A DNA stretch of 64,000 nucleotides, taken from assembly GCA_945861965.1 (NCBI GenBank), contig CAMAWM010000008.1, positions 6,353 through 70,352 on the forward strand, in the 5' to 3' direction. This document shows, one piece after another, positions 1 through 9,559 of this stretch (position 1 is its first letter; each line of letters begins with the position of its first letter). The position numbers and the translations under genes are program-made. The notes under the pieces are model-generated. The model did no database searches. It was not told the origin of the DNA and worked only from the letters and a program-made list of their open reading frames with translations. This DNA comes from Chitinophaga pinensis (GTDB lineage Bacteria > Bacteroidota > Bacteroidia > UKL13-3).

Positions 1-422
1 AGCCAAATCGTTTTGCCCGATATTTTGCCAATACCCGACATGGACAATGGATAATATGCATTCGGTTTTATTGCTTGATGAACAATGTTTATTTTGTTAT
101 TATTTAACTCAAATGAAAACATACGGTATCCAATTTTTTTGAAGCTAAACGTTTGTGTGTATTGTTCGTTTTCGCCACGCGGAAGCAAATTCATTGATTG
201 AAAATTGTCAATCAAAAATTCGTACGCTAATTTTTCGCCACGGCTTCCAGTCAATCGCCCTTCTAATTTATCGCTAGCCAAATAATTAATATTTGTTACC
301 AACGAATTGATAATATCGCCATCCGATTTTGGAATTTGGGCTGCTGCAAAATTGCAAAATACAAATCCGCAAATTGCGAATTGAAAAAATAGTAGCGATT
401 TACTTTTTGATAAATAGTTCAT
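1..422 (-). CDS. M28 family metallopeptidase with PA domain, N-terminal part (runs off window start; not in ORF track)
   Basis: Manual translation from ATG at 422: signal peptide ending AAA-Q, then YLASDKLEGRLTGSRGEKLAYEFLIDNF...YTQTFSF...YYPLSMSG, typical of M28 N-terminus/PA domain. Frame is open to the window edge and overlaps the TauE stop by 23 nt. Confidence 0.8.
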   Translation of the reverse strand, partial: MNYLSKSKSLLFFQFAICGFVFCNFAAAQIPKSDGDIINSLVTNINYLASDKLEGRLTGSRGEKLAYEFLIDNFQSMNLLPRGENEQYTQTFSFKKIGYRMFSFELNNNKINIVHQAIKPNAYYPLSMSGIGKISGKTIW

Positions 423-1227
423 ACAGTATATTTATAAATATAATGCTTGCAAAAGTAACAAACACAAAACGAATAGTTTTTTGATTTGATTTTTGAGATG
501 CTTTTACTCCCATTGGTGCAAATACGAATGCGGCTAAAATCATTGGCAAAACAACTGGAAATATTACGTATCCAATTTGCCATTGGCTTGCTACAAATTG
601 TGCAGGTGTGATTAGATTATGAATCCCAACTAAGATGGCAAATAAGGGTATTACTCCGTTTGAAATAGAACTTGCTTTTTTAATGTTTTGTTTCAGAATA
701 TCAGTAAAAACGGGCGTCATTATTACGCCCCCACCTAAGCCAGAGAAAGCGGTAATAATTCCAGAAAAAAATCCGGTTAAATTGTATTGATAATTTTTGG
801 CAATATGTATCTCATTGGTTTCGCTTGTTGGTTTCGCAAAAAACATGCGTACAATAATTACCAAAAGCAATGCAGCAAAAACATATAAATAAATGCTGCG
901 AACATACCAAGTTCCTGATTTAATTAAATGGGTTAGAACAAGCGCACTTGCAATTCCGGGAATGGCAGTATGAAGAATTTCTTTCGGAAAAAAATTTCCA
1001 ATTTTGTATTGTTTGAAACTTGAAACCGAGCCCGAAAAAATTATTGTAAAAAGCGAGTTGGCTAAAATTCCTTTCACCAACACATCATCGTGCATGCCCA
1101 ATTTGGATAAAAAATAATCGAGCACTGGAATGTAAATGATTCCTCCGCCAACACCTAAAAAACCAGAAATAAACGCACCCAAACACCCAAATAAAGTTAT
1201 GTAAATATAGTCGCTGAGTTCAAGCAT
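400..1227 (-). CDS. Sulfite exporter TauE/SafE family membrane protein
   Basis: Duplicated GFLGVGGG / AFSGLGGG motifs, about 8 TM segments, 275 aa. Confidence 0.88.
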   Translation of the reverse strand: MLELSDYIYITLFGCLGAFISGFLGVGGGIIYIPVLDYFLSKLGMHDDVLVKGILANSLFTIIFSGSVSSFKQYKIGNFFPKEILHTAIPGIASALVLTHLIKSGTWYVRSIYLYVFAALLLVIIVRMFFAKPTSETNEIHIAKNYQYNLTGFFSGIITAFSGLGGGVIMTPVFTDILKQNIKKASSISNGVIPLFAILVGIHNLITPAQFVASQWQIGYVIFPVVLPMILAAFVFAPMGVKASQKSNQKTIRFVFVTFASIIFINILYELFIKK

Positions 1228-1230
1228 TGT

Positions 1231-2898
1231 TTACTTTGTTTTTTTTGCCGAACCGTTTAATAATGACTCAAACTTGTTTGTATCGGCAAATAATTTTATC
1301 GCTTCCTGAATGTCCGAATCGTTATCAAATCCAGCTTCAGTTCTGCCCTTTTGATAATAATATCTGCGAATTATTTCTTCTTCTAGTATCGACATTATTT
1401 CGCTTTTGTTTTTATCTGTATCTGCCAATTTATCGTGTTTCAATTTGTTTTTTAAATTTTCATAATGCTCTTTTATCGCATCAAAATATTTTTCGTCTTC
1501 TGCTTTTTTCTTCAACTCTTCCAAAGCAATTTCACTCGCTGTTTTGTATTCGTAACTTTTATTTGAAATGAACTTTTTAAAGCTTTCAAATTCTGCATCG
1601 CTTAGTTTAAATTCTTTTGCGCCAATAATTTTATCGTACTGGTATCTGTATTGTGTTGCGAAATCAAAAATCAATTGATTTGTAATCAAACTTATTGAAA
1701 TTTTTGACAGCACTTGCTGCTCTACTTTTATATCAGGATCTACACCACCTCCATCAAACACTTTACGACCATTTTTGGTTACAAAGGATTTGCGTAAACT
1801 ATCAGCTACAGTGCCTACACTTCCATCTTCTTTTTTACGACTGTAATCCAATGCCTGAATGCATCTTCCAGATGGAGTGTAATATTTGGCAGTAGTAATT
1901 TTTACTTGCGCATTGTAATTTAAAGCACGTGTTGATTGAACCAATCCTTTGCCAAATGTTCGTTGTCCAATCACAACTCCTCGGTCTAAATCCTGAATGC
2001 TTCCGCTTACAATTTCGCTTGCCGATGCCGAAGAATGATTAGCTAAAACTATCAATGGTATTTTTGCATCAATTACCGGATTAAGTGTTCGGTAAATCTT
2101 GTTCCATTCCTTTACTTTTCCTTTTGTACTTACTATTTCTTGAGCTTGTGGAACAAACACATTCACAATATTAACAGCTTCGTGAAGCAAACCTCCAGGG
2201 TTTCCTCTAACATCCAAAATCACATTTTTTAACGCATTGTTTTTCTTCAGTTCAAGCAAAGCATCTTTTACTTCTTTGCCCGCATTTTCGGTAAATCCGG
2301 TAAGATTAATGTATCCGGTTTCGTTGTTTATCATTCCAAAATAGGGAACGTTATTAAATTTAATCTCTTCGCGAGTCAAGGTTTTGCTAAGCTCTTTTCC
2401 ATCTCTTTTTATCAGCAAAGCCACTTTTGTTCCGGCTTGTCCTTTTAGCAATTTGCTAATGTCTTGTGTGTTTTTTCCTTGAGTCGATTTTCCTTCAATT
2501 TCTAAAATTAAATCTCCAGCCATCAAGCCTTCTTTTTGTGCCGGAAATCCTTCATAAGGATCTGTAATTACTGTAAATCCATCGTGTGTTGAGATTTGCG
2601 CGCCAATTCCTCCGTATTGTCCAGTCATCTGAAATCTAAAATCTTCGGCTTCGGCCTCGCTGATGTAATTGGTATAAGGATCCAAGGTGTTCAGCATTTC
2701 GTCAATGGCCTTTTTGGTCATTTTCCCTGCATCTACTTCGTCAACATAAAAGGTGTTTACCTCTTTAAAAACGGATGCAAAAAGATCGAGGTTTTTTGAA
2801 ATCTCGAAGTAATTATCAATGACCGTAAACGAAAAAAAGCTAATACAAACTAATGGAATAAGCAGGTATTTGCGTTTTATATTTTTCAGTATTTTCAT
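1231..2898 (-). CDS. S41 family carboxyl-terminal processing protease (PDZ + S41)
   Basis: LDPYT, GGIGA (PDZ), DVRGNPGGLL, SASASEIVSG and TFGKGLVQ motifs. Start reassigned to ATG 2898 because the longer ORF runs through the tRNA and its terminator. Confidence 0.92.
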   Translation of the reverse strand: MKILKNIKRKYLLIPLVCISFFSFTVIDNYFEISKNLDLFASVFKEVNTFYVDEVDAGKMTKKAIDEMLNTLDPYTNYISEAEAEDFRFQMTGQYGGIGAQISTHDGFTVITDPYEGFPAQKEGLMAGDLILEIEGKSTQGKNTQDISKLLKGQAGTKVALLIKRDGKELSKTLTREEIKFNNVPYFGMINNETGYINLTGFTENAGKEVKDALLELKKNNALKNVILDVRGNPGGLLHEAVNIVNVFVPQAQEIVSTKGKVKEWNKIYRTLNPVIDAKIPLIVLANHSSASASEIVSGSIQDLDRGVVIGQRTFGKGLVQSTRALNYNAQVKITTAKYYTPSGRCIQALDYSRKKEDGSVGTVADSLRKSFVTKNGRKVFDGGGVDPDIKVEQQVLSKISISLITNQLIFDFATQYRYQYDKIIGAKEFKLSDAEFESFKKFISNKSYEYKTASEIALEELKKKAEDEKYFDAIKEHYENLKNKLKHDKLADTDKNKSEIMSILEEEIIRRYYYQKGRTEAGFDNDSDIQEAIKLFADTNKFESLLNGSAKKTK

Positions 2899-2959
2899 GT
2901 TTGCAAGGTATGTTTTTGGTGCAAAAGTAAACGAAGCTATTTGAAATTTGTTTTGGCAC

Positions 2960-2995
2960 AAAAAAAGAAAAAGGCGAGAACTTCGTCTCGCCTTT
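2960..2995 (-). terminator. Intrinsic terminator downstream of tRNA-Phe
   Basis: AAAGGCGAGA-6nt-TCTCGCCTTT hairpin followed on the minus strand by a T-rich run. Confidence 0.8.
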
Positions 2996-2999
2996 AATG

Positions 3000-3072
3000 T
3001 GGTGTGGGAGGGAATCGAACCCCCGACACAAAGATTTTCAGTCTTTTGCTCTACCAACTGAGCTACCGCACC
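3000..3072 (-). tRNA. tRNA-Phe(GAA), CCA not encoded
   Basis: Reverse complement GGTGCGGTAGCTCAGTTGGTAGAGCAAAAGACTGAAAATCTTTGTGTCGGGGGTTCGATTCCCTCCCACACCA: cloverleaf, anticodon loop CTGAAAA, TTCGA T-loop. A -7-like box TACATTCG lies upstream. Confidence 0.96.
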
Positions 3073-3176
3073 TTTTTAGGGCTGCGAATGTACGCTTAAA
3101 ATATTTTAGCACAAAAAATATTTTAGTTTATACAAAACTAAAATTCAATTAATATTGCTTAACAAAGCAGCAGCGT

Positions 3177-4478
3177 ATGATTTCACAAATTTTGTTTGTT
3201 CTACTTTCGGCAATTGCCACATTCATCTTTGTTAAAAACCTTGGCAAAATCCGTAGAAATATTTTGTTGGGGAAAGATATAGACCTAAGCGACAATAAGC
3301 CTTTGCGATTTAAGAACATGCTAAAATTGGCTTTCGGACAAACAAAAATGGCGGTTCGTCCTGTTCCTTTTGTGTTGCATTTTTTTGTGTATGCCGGATT
3401 TATTTTAATCAATATTGAAGTGATTGAAATAATGATTGACGGAATGTTTGGAACGCATCGTTCGCTCTCGTCTTTTGGATTAGTATACAATTTGGCCATT
3501 GGGTTTTTCGAAATGCTTGCACTTTGTACATTGATTTCTTGTATCGTTTTTTTGATTCGCAGGTATATTGTAAAGCTCAAACGATTTACAAGTTCTGATT
3601 TAAAAGGATTTCCCAATCAGGATGCCGCAACTATTTTATTTATCGAAATTTTGTTAATGGGCGCCTTGCTCAAACTAAATGCGATTGATTTTATATTACA
3701 GCAACGAGGCGTAGCGCATTTTATTCCTGTTGGATCGTTTCCAATTAGCTCTTGGTTGATTGCGCCCATGTTGTCGAATTATTCAACCGAAACTTTGCTG
3801 ATATTGGAGCGCATCGCTTGGTGGTTTCATATAATCGGAATTTTTCTGTTTATGAATTACCTCCCATTCAGCAAGCATTTTCATATCATCATGGCGTTTC
3901 CAAACACATGGTTTTCAAACTTAAAAGCAAAAGGCGCGCTCAATAATATGTCGTCTGTTACACAAGAAGTAAAACTGATGTTGGATCCAAATGCTGCAAT
4001 TCCGGATGGATATCAACCGCCAACAAGTTTTGGTGTAAAAGACGTTTTTGATTTGACATGGAAAAATTTGATGGATGCCTACACGTGTACAGAATGTGGA
4101 AGATGCAGCAGTGTGTGCCCAGCAAATACAACTGGCAAAAAACTTTCGCCCAGAAAAATAATGATGGACACTCGTGATAGGTTAGAAGAGGTTGGAAAAA
4201 ACATAGACAAAAACAAAACTTTTGTTGACGATGAAAAAAATCTTCATAACTATATTTCAGATGAAGAACTTTGGGCTTGCACTACTTGCAACGCCTGCGT
4301 TGAAGCCTGTCCGATAAACATAAATCCGATGGAGGTAATTGTAGAAATGCGAAGGTTTAAAGTAATGGAAAAATCTTCTGCTCCAGCATCCATCAATGCA
4401 ATGTTTAACAATATGGAAAACAATCAAGCGCCTTGGCAATTTAGCCCAATGGACAGAGCTAACTGGACAGAGGAATAA
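3177..4478 (+). CDS. Membrane-bound Fe-S oxidoreductase (FadF/heterodisulfide-reductase-like: TM domain + 2x[4Fe-4S])
   Basis: N-terminal TM helices with conserved His (LHFF, WWFH, SKHFH); CTECGRCSSVCP and CTTCNACVEACP cluster motifs. Confidence 0.85.
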   Translation: MISQILFVLLSAIATFIFVKNLGKIRRNILLGKDIDLSDNKPLRFKNMLKLAFGQTKMAVRPVPFVLHFFVYAGFILINIEVIEIMIDGMFGTHRSLSSFGLVYNLAIGFFEMLALCTLISCIVFLIRRYIVKLKRFTSSDLKGFPNQDAATILFIEILLMGALLKLNAIDFILQQRGVAHFIPVGSFPISSWLIAPMLSNYSTETLLILERIAWWFHIIGIFLFMNYLPFSKHFHIIMAFPNTWFSNLKAKGALNNMSSVTQEVKLMLDPNAAIPDGYQPPTSFGVKDVFDLTWKNLMDAYTCTECGRCSSVCPANTTGKKLSPRKIMMDTRDRLEEVGKNIDKNKTFVDDEKNLHNYISDEELWACTTCNACVEACPININPMEVIVEMRRFKVMEKSSAPASINAMFNNMENNQAPWQFSPMDRANWTEE

Positions 4479-4481
4479 TAA

Positions 4482-4964
4482 TTATACAACTGGTTTAAAT
4501 TGTTCGAACGCTTGCAGGCAATTGTTGCAATAGTGAAGACTTCTGCAAAGTGTTGGGCCAAAGGGTGATTTCATTTCTACATTTGCACTTTCACAAAACG
4601 GACATAAAATATTTTCGAGCAATTGTTCAGTAATTTCTCCTTTGTGTTTTGGAGGTGGTGCAAGTCCGTGTTTTTTTAAATGTTGCAATCCGCGTTCGCT
4701 TATCAAGTTGCTGTTCCAGGGCTTGTTAAAAGTTGTTTTAACTTCTGCTTCCAACCCCATTTCTTTTATTTTATCGCGCACCATTTGCTCCATCATTTTC
4801 AATGCAGGGCAGCCTGCAAATGTTGGAGTCATTTCAACATACACTTTCTCATTTTCAATTTTTACTTGTGTAATAATGCCCATGTCAACCATCGAAATTG
4901 TTGGAATTTCAGGATCCATTACGCTTTCTAATACTTGCCAAATATCTTGTTCTGTGTAGGTCAT
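4482..4964 (-). CDS. paaD: 1,2-phenylacetyl-CoA epoxidase subunit PaaD (PaaJ in older nomenclature)
   Basis: V-DPEIP-IS-VDMG, TPTFAGCPA, CPFC...FGPTLCRSLHYCNNCLQAFEQFK. Confidence 0.88.
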   Translation of the reverse strand: MTYTEQDIWQVLESVMDPEIPTISMVDMGIITQVKIENEKVYVEMTPTFAGCPALKMMEQMVRDKIKEMGLEAEVKTTFNKPWNSNLISERGLQHLKKHGLAPPPKHKGEITEQLLENILCPFCESANVEMKSPFGPTLCRSLHYCNNCLQAFEQFKPVV

Positions 4965-4973
4965 TTTTTTTAA

Positions 4974-6209
4974 TTATACCAAATTTACGAGTGTCATCTC
5001 CAATCCTTTTTTCAAAAGCCCCTTTGGTTTTGGATTAAATTGATGCAGTCGCATCAATGCTTGCCAAATAATTTTTGAGGTATCTCTGAAAATTGCTTCA
5101 TCGCTCAAATCCACTTCATCGTTGCTTTCGCAATAAGCAAACACACGCGCCATTCCGCAATTGGCAATAAAATCTGGAATGATTGCAAGTTGTTCATCGG
5201 TGAAGTTTGCAATGGGTCCCATAAATATTTCTTCATCCGCAAATGGCACATTTGCACCGCAGCTAATTACTTCCAAATCGTTTTCAAGCATTTTTGTAAT
5301 TTGCTCTTTAGTTACCAAACGAGATGCTGCAGCCGGAACAAAAATTTCGGCACCTATTTCCCAAATTTTTTCGTTCACTTCTTCAGCACTTATCATATCT
5401 GGATGTGATAATGAATTGCCGTTTTTGCTTAAAAATAAATCTTTTATTTCCTCTTTGCTAAAACCTGTTGCACGAATTAATCCAGCTTCGCGATCAATAA
5501 TTCCAACTACCAAAACGCCATACAAACTTAAATAATAAGCTGCTGCTGCAGCCACATTTCCCCATCCTTGAATAATGGCACGTTTCATATTTATGTTTCC
5601 GCCCCAAATGCTGTAAAAATGGCGTACCGCTTCAGCCACGCCAAATCCAGTAATCATGTCAGCTACAACCAAATGTTTATTTACATCGGGAGAAAACCGT
5701 TCATCGTCTAATTTTTTTGAAACACCAATCTGCAAATTCTGAATGCGTTTTTGTTTCGATGCAGCATCAACTTTAAAATGTCCGTTTACTGTTCCTTCTT
5801 GTGGATGTAACAAACCAAATTTTTCGGTAATCGGAATTACTTCATGTATTTCATCAATGTTTAAATCGCCACCAGTTCCATAATAATTTTTCAGCAAGGG
5901 CATTACGGCTTGATACCATCTTTCTAAAACTTCTTTTTTTCGAGGATCTGTGGGGTCAAAATTTATCCCGGATTTTGCACCGCCAATTGGAGGTCCTGAA
6001 ATAAAAAATTTCAATTCCATAGTTTTAGCCAAGGATGTAACTTCGTGTTTATTCAGCCCTTTTCTCATTCGGGTTCCTCCGCCAGCAGCGCCACCTCGCA
6101 ATGAGTTTATTACAAGCCAACCTTCGGCTTCTGTTTGACTATCTTTCCATTCAAAAACAATTTCTGGTTGTTTTTCTTCAAATTTTTTTATCAGTTTTTG
6201 TACTTGCAT
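4974..6209 (-). CDS. Glu/Leu/Phe/Val dehydrogenase family protein
   Basis: GGAAGGGTRM, GGAKSG, IQGWGNV NAD-binding motif, GANVPF, PDFIANCG. Confidence 0.88.
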   Translation of the reverse strand: MQVQKLIKKFEEKQPEIVFEWKDSQTEAEGWLVINSLRGGAAGGGTRMRKGLNKHEVTSLAKTMELKFFISGPPIGGAKSGINFDPTDPRKKEVLERWYQAVMPLLKNYYGTGGDLNIDEIHEVIPITEKFGLLHPQEGTVNGHFKVDAASKQKRIQNLQIGVSKKLDDERFSPDVNKHLVVADMITGFGVAEAVRHFYSIWGGNINMKRAIIQGWGNVAAAAAYYLSLYGVLVVGIIDREAGLIRATGFSKEEIKDLFLSKNGNSLSHPDMISAEEVNEKIWEIGAEIFVPAAASRLVTKEQITKMLENDLEVISCGANVPFADEEIFMGPIANFTDEQLAIIPDFIANCGMARVFAYCESNDEVDLSDEAIFRDTSKIIWQALMRLHQFNPKPKGLLKKGLEMTLVNLV

Positions 6210-6214
6210 TTTTT

Positions 6215-6270
6215 TTGATAGTTGATGGTTGTTTGTTTGTTGTCAGTTTGCTATCAACTGACAACCAAAA
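6215..6270. repeat. Inverted heptamer repeat cluster
   Basis: TTGATAG TTGATGG TTGTTTG ... TTGTCAG followed by the reverse-complement units CTATCAA CTGACAA. Confidence 0.6.
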
Positions 6271-6271
6271 T

Positions 6272-7348
6272 CTAAATTAGTTTTGAAAAATCTCCGTACA
6301 ACGCACCGCTTACGCTATTGCGGCTTGCACCTGTTACGCTTTTATAAATATTTTCTTTGTTTTCAATTCGCATTACGCCAAGCAATGCAAAAATCAATGC
6401 CTCTTTGTTGTTTATTAATTCAACTGGTGGAATGACAATTTCTGCGTTTGTTTTGCTTTTTATTTTTTCAATTAAAAAATTATTGAAAGCACCTCCGCCA
6501 GTTACCAATATATTTTGTGCCGATGAATTAGTAATAACATTAGCAATTTGTTCGGCAATATGTTCAGATAAAGTCGCCATTTTTCCTTGCTCGCTTGTGT
6601 CAATATGTTTTTTCAGAATGGGCCAAAAATCTGAATTGATCCATTCGCGTCCCAATGATTTTGATTGTGCCAATGTGTAATACTCCAAGCTGTTTAATTC
6701 TTCCAACAAATTTGAATCAACTTCTCCTTGTCTTGCTATCTCACCACCTTCATCAAATTTTAATTTTAGCCAACGCGCCACACGATTAAAAACAATGTTG
6801 CACGGACAAATATCAAACGCTTTTAATTCGTTGTTTTTGGTAAACGAAATGTTCGCAATTCCACCTAAATTAAGACAGGCATCAAATTCAGAAAACAAAA
6901 TTTTATCGCCAATTGGAACCAATGGAGCGCCTTGCCCACCAAGCGCAACATCAGCATTTCTAAAATTACAAACTACAGGCAAATTGCATTCGGCAGCAAT
7001 TGATGCGCCATCGCCAACCTGAGCAGTAAAACCTTTTTCGGGTTGATGAAAAATAGTATGTCCATGAGAAGAAATAAAATCAACTGTCAAACTATTTTCG
7101 CGAATAAATTTTTTAATCAATTGCCCGACATATCGCCCATAAAAAACATCTGTTTTTGGATAAAGTTCTGCGGGTTGTTTGTTAAGTTGTGATAATCGAA
7201 CGCGCCATTTTTCTTCGTAAGGAATGGTTTCGGCAGCTATAATTTTGTACGAATATTTATTGTTTTCTGATAGAATTTCGCAGCACGCCAAATCAATCCC
7301 ATCCATCGATGAGCCACTCATCATTCCAATTACGCTGTATTTTTTCAT
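6272..7348 (-). CDS. anmK: Anhydro-N-acetylmuramic acid kinase
   Basis: GMMSGSSMDGID, SHGHTIFHQP, DVALGGQGAPLVP, LNLGGIAN, KSLGRE, KEALIFA motifs. Confidence 0.95.
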   Translation of the reverse strand: MKKYSVIGMMSGSSMDGIDLACCEILSENNKYSYKIIAAETIPYEEKWRVRLSQLNKQPAELYPKTDVFYGRYVGQLIKKFIRENSLTVDFISSHGHTIFHQPEKGFTAQVGDGASIAAECNLPVVCNFRNADVALGGQGAPLVPIGDKILFSEFDACLNLGGIANISFTKNNELKAFDICPCNIVFNRVARWLKLKFDEGGEIARQGEVDSNLLEELNSLEYYTLAQSKSLGREWINSDFWPILKKHIDTSEQGKMATLSEHIAEQIANVITNSSAQNILVTGGGAFNNFLIEKIKSKTNAEIVIPPVELINNKEALIFALLGVMRIENKENIYKSVTGASRNSVSGALYGDFSKLI

Positions 7349-7459
7349 CGCTGATTTTTTTGCGTTGCGAATTTAGATTTTTAGTACAAATTTTCTAAAG
7401 CATATTTTACGCATTTGTTTTTCAAATTATTTCTTTTCTTTGTTAAAAAATCTACTCGT

Positions 7460-7663
7460 ATGAAAAAAATAATTTTTAGTCTTTTTGCTATGGTAGTTGT
7501 TTTTGTATCGTGCAGCGATAACAAGCCATTGCCAAACGAAGAACAAAAAACTGTTGACAGTGTATATCAAATAACAGAAGAATCTGCTGACTCCTTGTAT
7601 AAAACAATTATGGCCAAAATGGATTCAATTGATGTTGCTGAAAACATTGATACCACACATTAA
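7460..7663 (+). CDS. Small hypothetical lipoprotein (67 aa)
   Basis: MKKIIF...VFVSC lipobox followed by an acidic body; start moved to ATG 7460. Confidence 0.7.
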   Translation: MKKIIFSLFAMVVVFVSCSDNKPLPNEEQKTVDSVYQITEESADSLYKTIMAKMDSIDVAENIDTTH

Positions 7664-7705
7664 ATTATTTTTTGTACCTATATTTGCCCTTCAAATTTTT
7701 TTTAG

Positions 7706-8872
7706 TTGAATACAACAAACTCCATTGAACTTAGCATAGTGATGCCATGCCTGAACGAGGCAGAAACGCTTGACACTTGTATAGACAAAGCACAAAGTTG
7801 GCTTCGTAAAAACAATGTTTCTGGCGAAATTGTAATTGGCGATAACGGCAGTACTGATGGCAGTCAAAAGATTGCTGAAGCAAAAGGTGCGCGTGTAATT
7901 GCAGTTCCAAGCAAAGGATACGGAAGCGCATTGATGGGTGCTATTGAAGCATCAAATGGCAAATACGTAATTATGGGCGATAGCGATGACAGTTACGATT
8001 TTGAAAACCTGAATTTGTATGTCGAAAAATTGCGTGAAGGATTTGATTTGGTAATGGGCAATCGATTTAAAGGTGGAATAAAAAAAGGAGCCATGCCATT
8101 TATGCATCGCTATTTAGGAAATCCCGTTTTATCCTTTATCGGTCGTTTGTTTTTCAATTGCCCAGTCAGAGATTTTCATTGCGGCTTGCGTGGGTTTAGA
8201 CAGGATATTGTAAAGCTTTTAGATTTAAAAACAACGGGGATGGAATTTGCAAGTGAGATGGTGGTGAAAGCAACCATTTTCGATTTAAAAATTACCGAAG
8301 TTCCAACCACACTTTCGCCCGATGGAAGGTCTCGTCCGCCACATTTACGCACTTGGCAAGATGGTTGGAGGCATTTGCGCTTTTTGTTAATTTACAGTCC
8401 GCGTTGGTTATTTTTATATCCCGGAATTTTTTTAATGCTGATTGGAGGACTTTTGGGATCCGTATTAATTTTTCAAGGACCGGTGAAATTAACCGATCAA
8501 ATTTATTTTGATACCAACACACTTTTGTATTCGGGCGCATTTATAATCATTGGTTTTCAGTCTGTGTGTTTTGGATTATTTACTCGAGTTTACGCCATCG
8601 AAACTGGATTTTTACCAAAGCGCGATGCGTTGCTAAAATGGTTTAAGTATATTAATCTAGAAACAGGATTAAGAATAGGACTTGTTATAACTTTAATTGG
8701 ACTTGCCGGAAGTTTTTATAGTATTTTTTTATGGAAAGAAACTGATTTTGGGCAAATGAATTATTCTTCCATTTTGCGTTTAGTAATTCCAAGTGTTGTA
8801 TTTATTGTCGTAGGGTTTCAAACTTTATTGGCGAGCTTCTTTTTAAGTGTATTAGGAATGAATAAAAAGTAG
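7706..8872 (+). CDS. GT2 glycosyltransferase, polyprenol-phosphate-sugar synthase (DPM1-like) with C-terminal TM domain
   Basis: SIVMPCLNE, DNGSTD, GDSDDSYD, DFHCGLR, MEFASEM, RTWQDGWRHL, then 4 TM helices. Confidence 0.9.
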   Translation: MNTTNSIELSIVMPCLNEAETLDTCIDKAQSWLRKNNVSGEIVIGDNGSTDGSQKIAEAKGARVIAVPSKGYGSALMGAIEASNGKYVIMGDSDDSYDFENLNLYVEKLREGFDLVMGNRFKGGIKKGAMPFMHRYLGNPVLSFIGRLFFNCPVRDFHCGLRGFRQDIVKLLDLKTTGMEFASEMVVKATIFDLKITEVPTTLSPDGRSRPPHLRTWQDGWRHLRFLLIYSPRWLFLYPGIFLMLIGGLLGSVLIFQGPVKLTDQIYFDTNTLLYSGAFIIIGFQSVCFGLFTRVYAIETGFLPKRDALLKWFKYINLETGLRIGLVITLIGLAGSFYSIFLWKETDFGQMNYSSILRLVIPSVVFIVVGFQTLLASFFLSVLGMNKK

Positions 8873-8878
8873 GTTTTG

Positions 8879-8989
8879 GTTTAAAGTGCAAGGTTAAAAA
8901 GTTTAAAGTTGTTCGCGCCTACTTACTAATTAAGCAACAAATAATTTAGTCGGAATCAAACTTTAGACATTAAACTGCAAACTCGGAAC
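8879..8989. repeat. Inverted heptamer repeat cluster
   Basis: GTTTAAA GTGCAAG GTTAAAA .GTTTAAA ... then AAACTTT AGACATT AAACTGC AAACTCG in the opposite orientation. Confidence 0.5.
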
Positions 8990-9003
8990 AGTATTAAAAA
9001 AAC

Positions 9004-9555
9004 ATGAAAGCATTAGATAAATATTTACAAACAGTAAGAATAAACAAGGCGAAAAAATTTATCCGTAAAGATGATACTGTGTTGGATGTAGGCAGCGTTG
9101 ATGGTGTAATGTTTGAACGTTGGCGAGGATTTATAAAGCAAGGTTTTGGTATAGATCCAATTTTATCACAAGAAATAAAAACAGATTTATATACTTTAAT
9201 TCCTGGTTATTTTCCGGATGTCTGTCCTCAAAATATTACTTACGATGCCATAACAATGCTTGCTGTTTTGGAACATATTCCAACCGGTGTTCAAAATCAA
9301 TTAGCCGAAAATTGTTACAAATTATTAAATAAAAAAGGCAGAGTAATCATAACAGTTCCTTCGCCACAAGTTGATACTATTTTATCGTTGTTGTTAAAAT
9401 TAAAATTGGTTGAAGGCATGAGTTTGGAGGAGCATTACGGATTTAAGCCTGAGCATACCGAAGAGATTTTTTCGCCTCAGTATTTTACACTAATTCATAA
9501 ATCTACTTTTCAATTTGGCTTGAATAATTTTTTTGTTTTTGAACGAAAAGATTAA
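9004..9555 (+). CDS. Class I SAM-dependent methyltransferase
   Basis: VLDVGSVDG motif I, YDAITMLAVLEH, GRVIITVP. Confidence 0.85.
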   Translation: MKALDKYLQTVRINKAKKFIRKDDTVLDVGSVDGVMFERWRGFIKQGFGIDPILSQEIKTDLYTLIPGYFPDVCPQNITYDAITMLAVLEHIPTGVQNQLAENCYKLLNKKGRVIITVPSPQVDTILSLLLKLKLVEGMSLEEHYGFKPEHTEEIFSPQYFTLIHKSTFQFGLNNFFVFERKD

Positions 9556-9559
9556 TTTG

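Noticed and set aside
2899..3057. N-terminal extension of the S41 protease ORF (MVEQKTENLCVGGSIP...)
   Set aside because: It is a translation of the tRNA-Phe gene and its terminator; the real signal peptide begins at ATG 2898.
2960..3176. tRNA-Phe as an integration site for an island or prophage
   Set aside because: No integrase nearby, and I saw no duplicated tRNA 3' end in the window.
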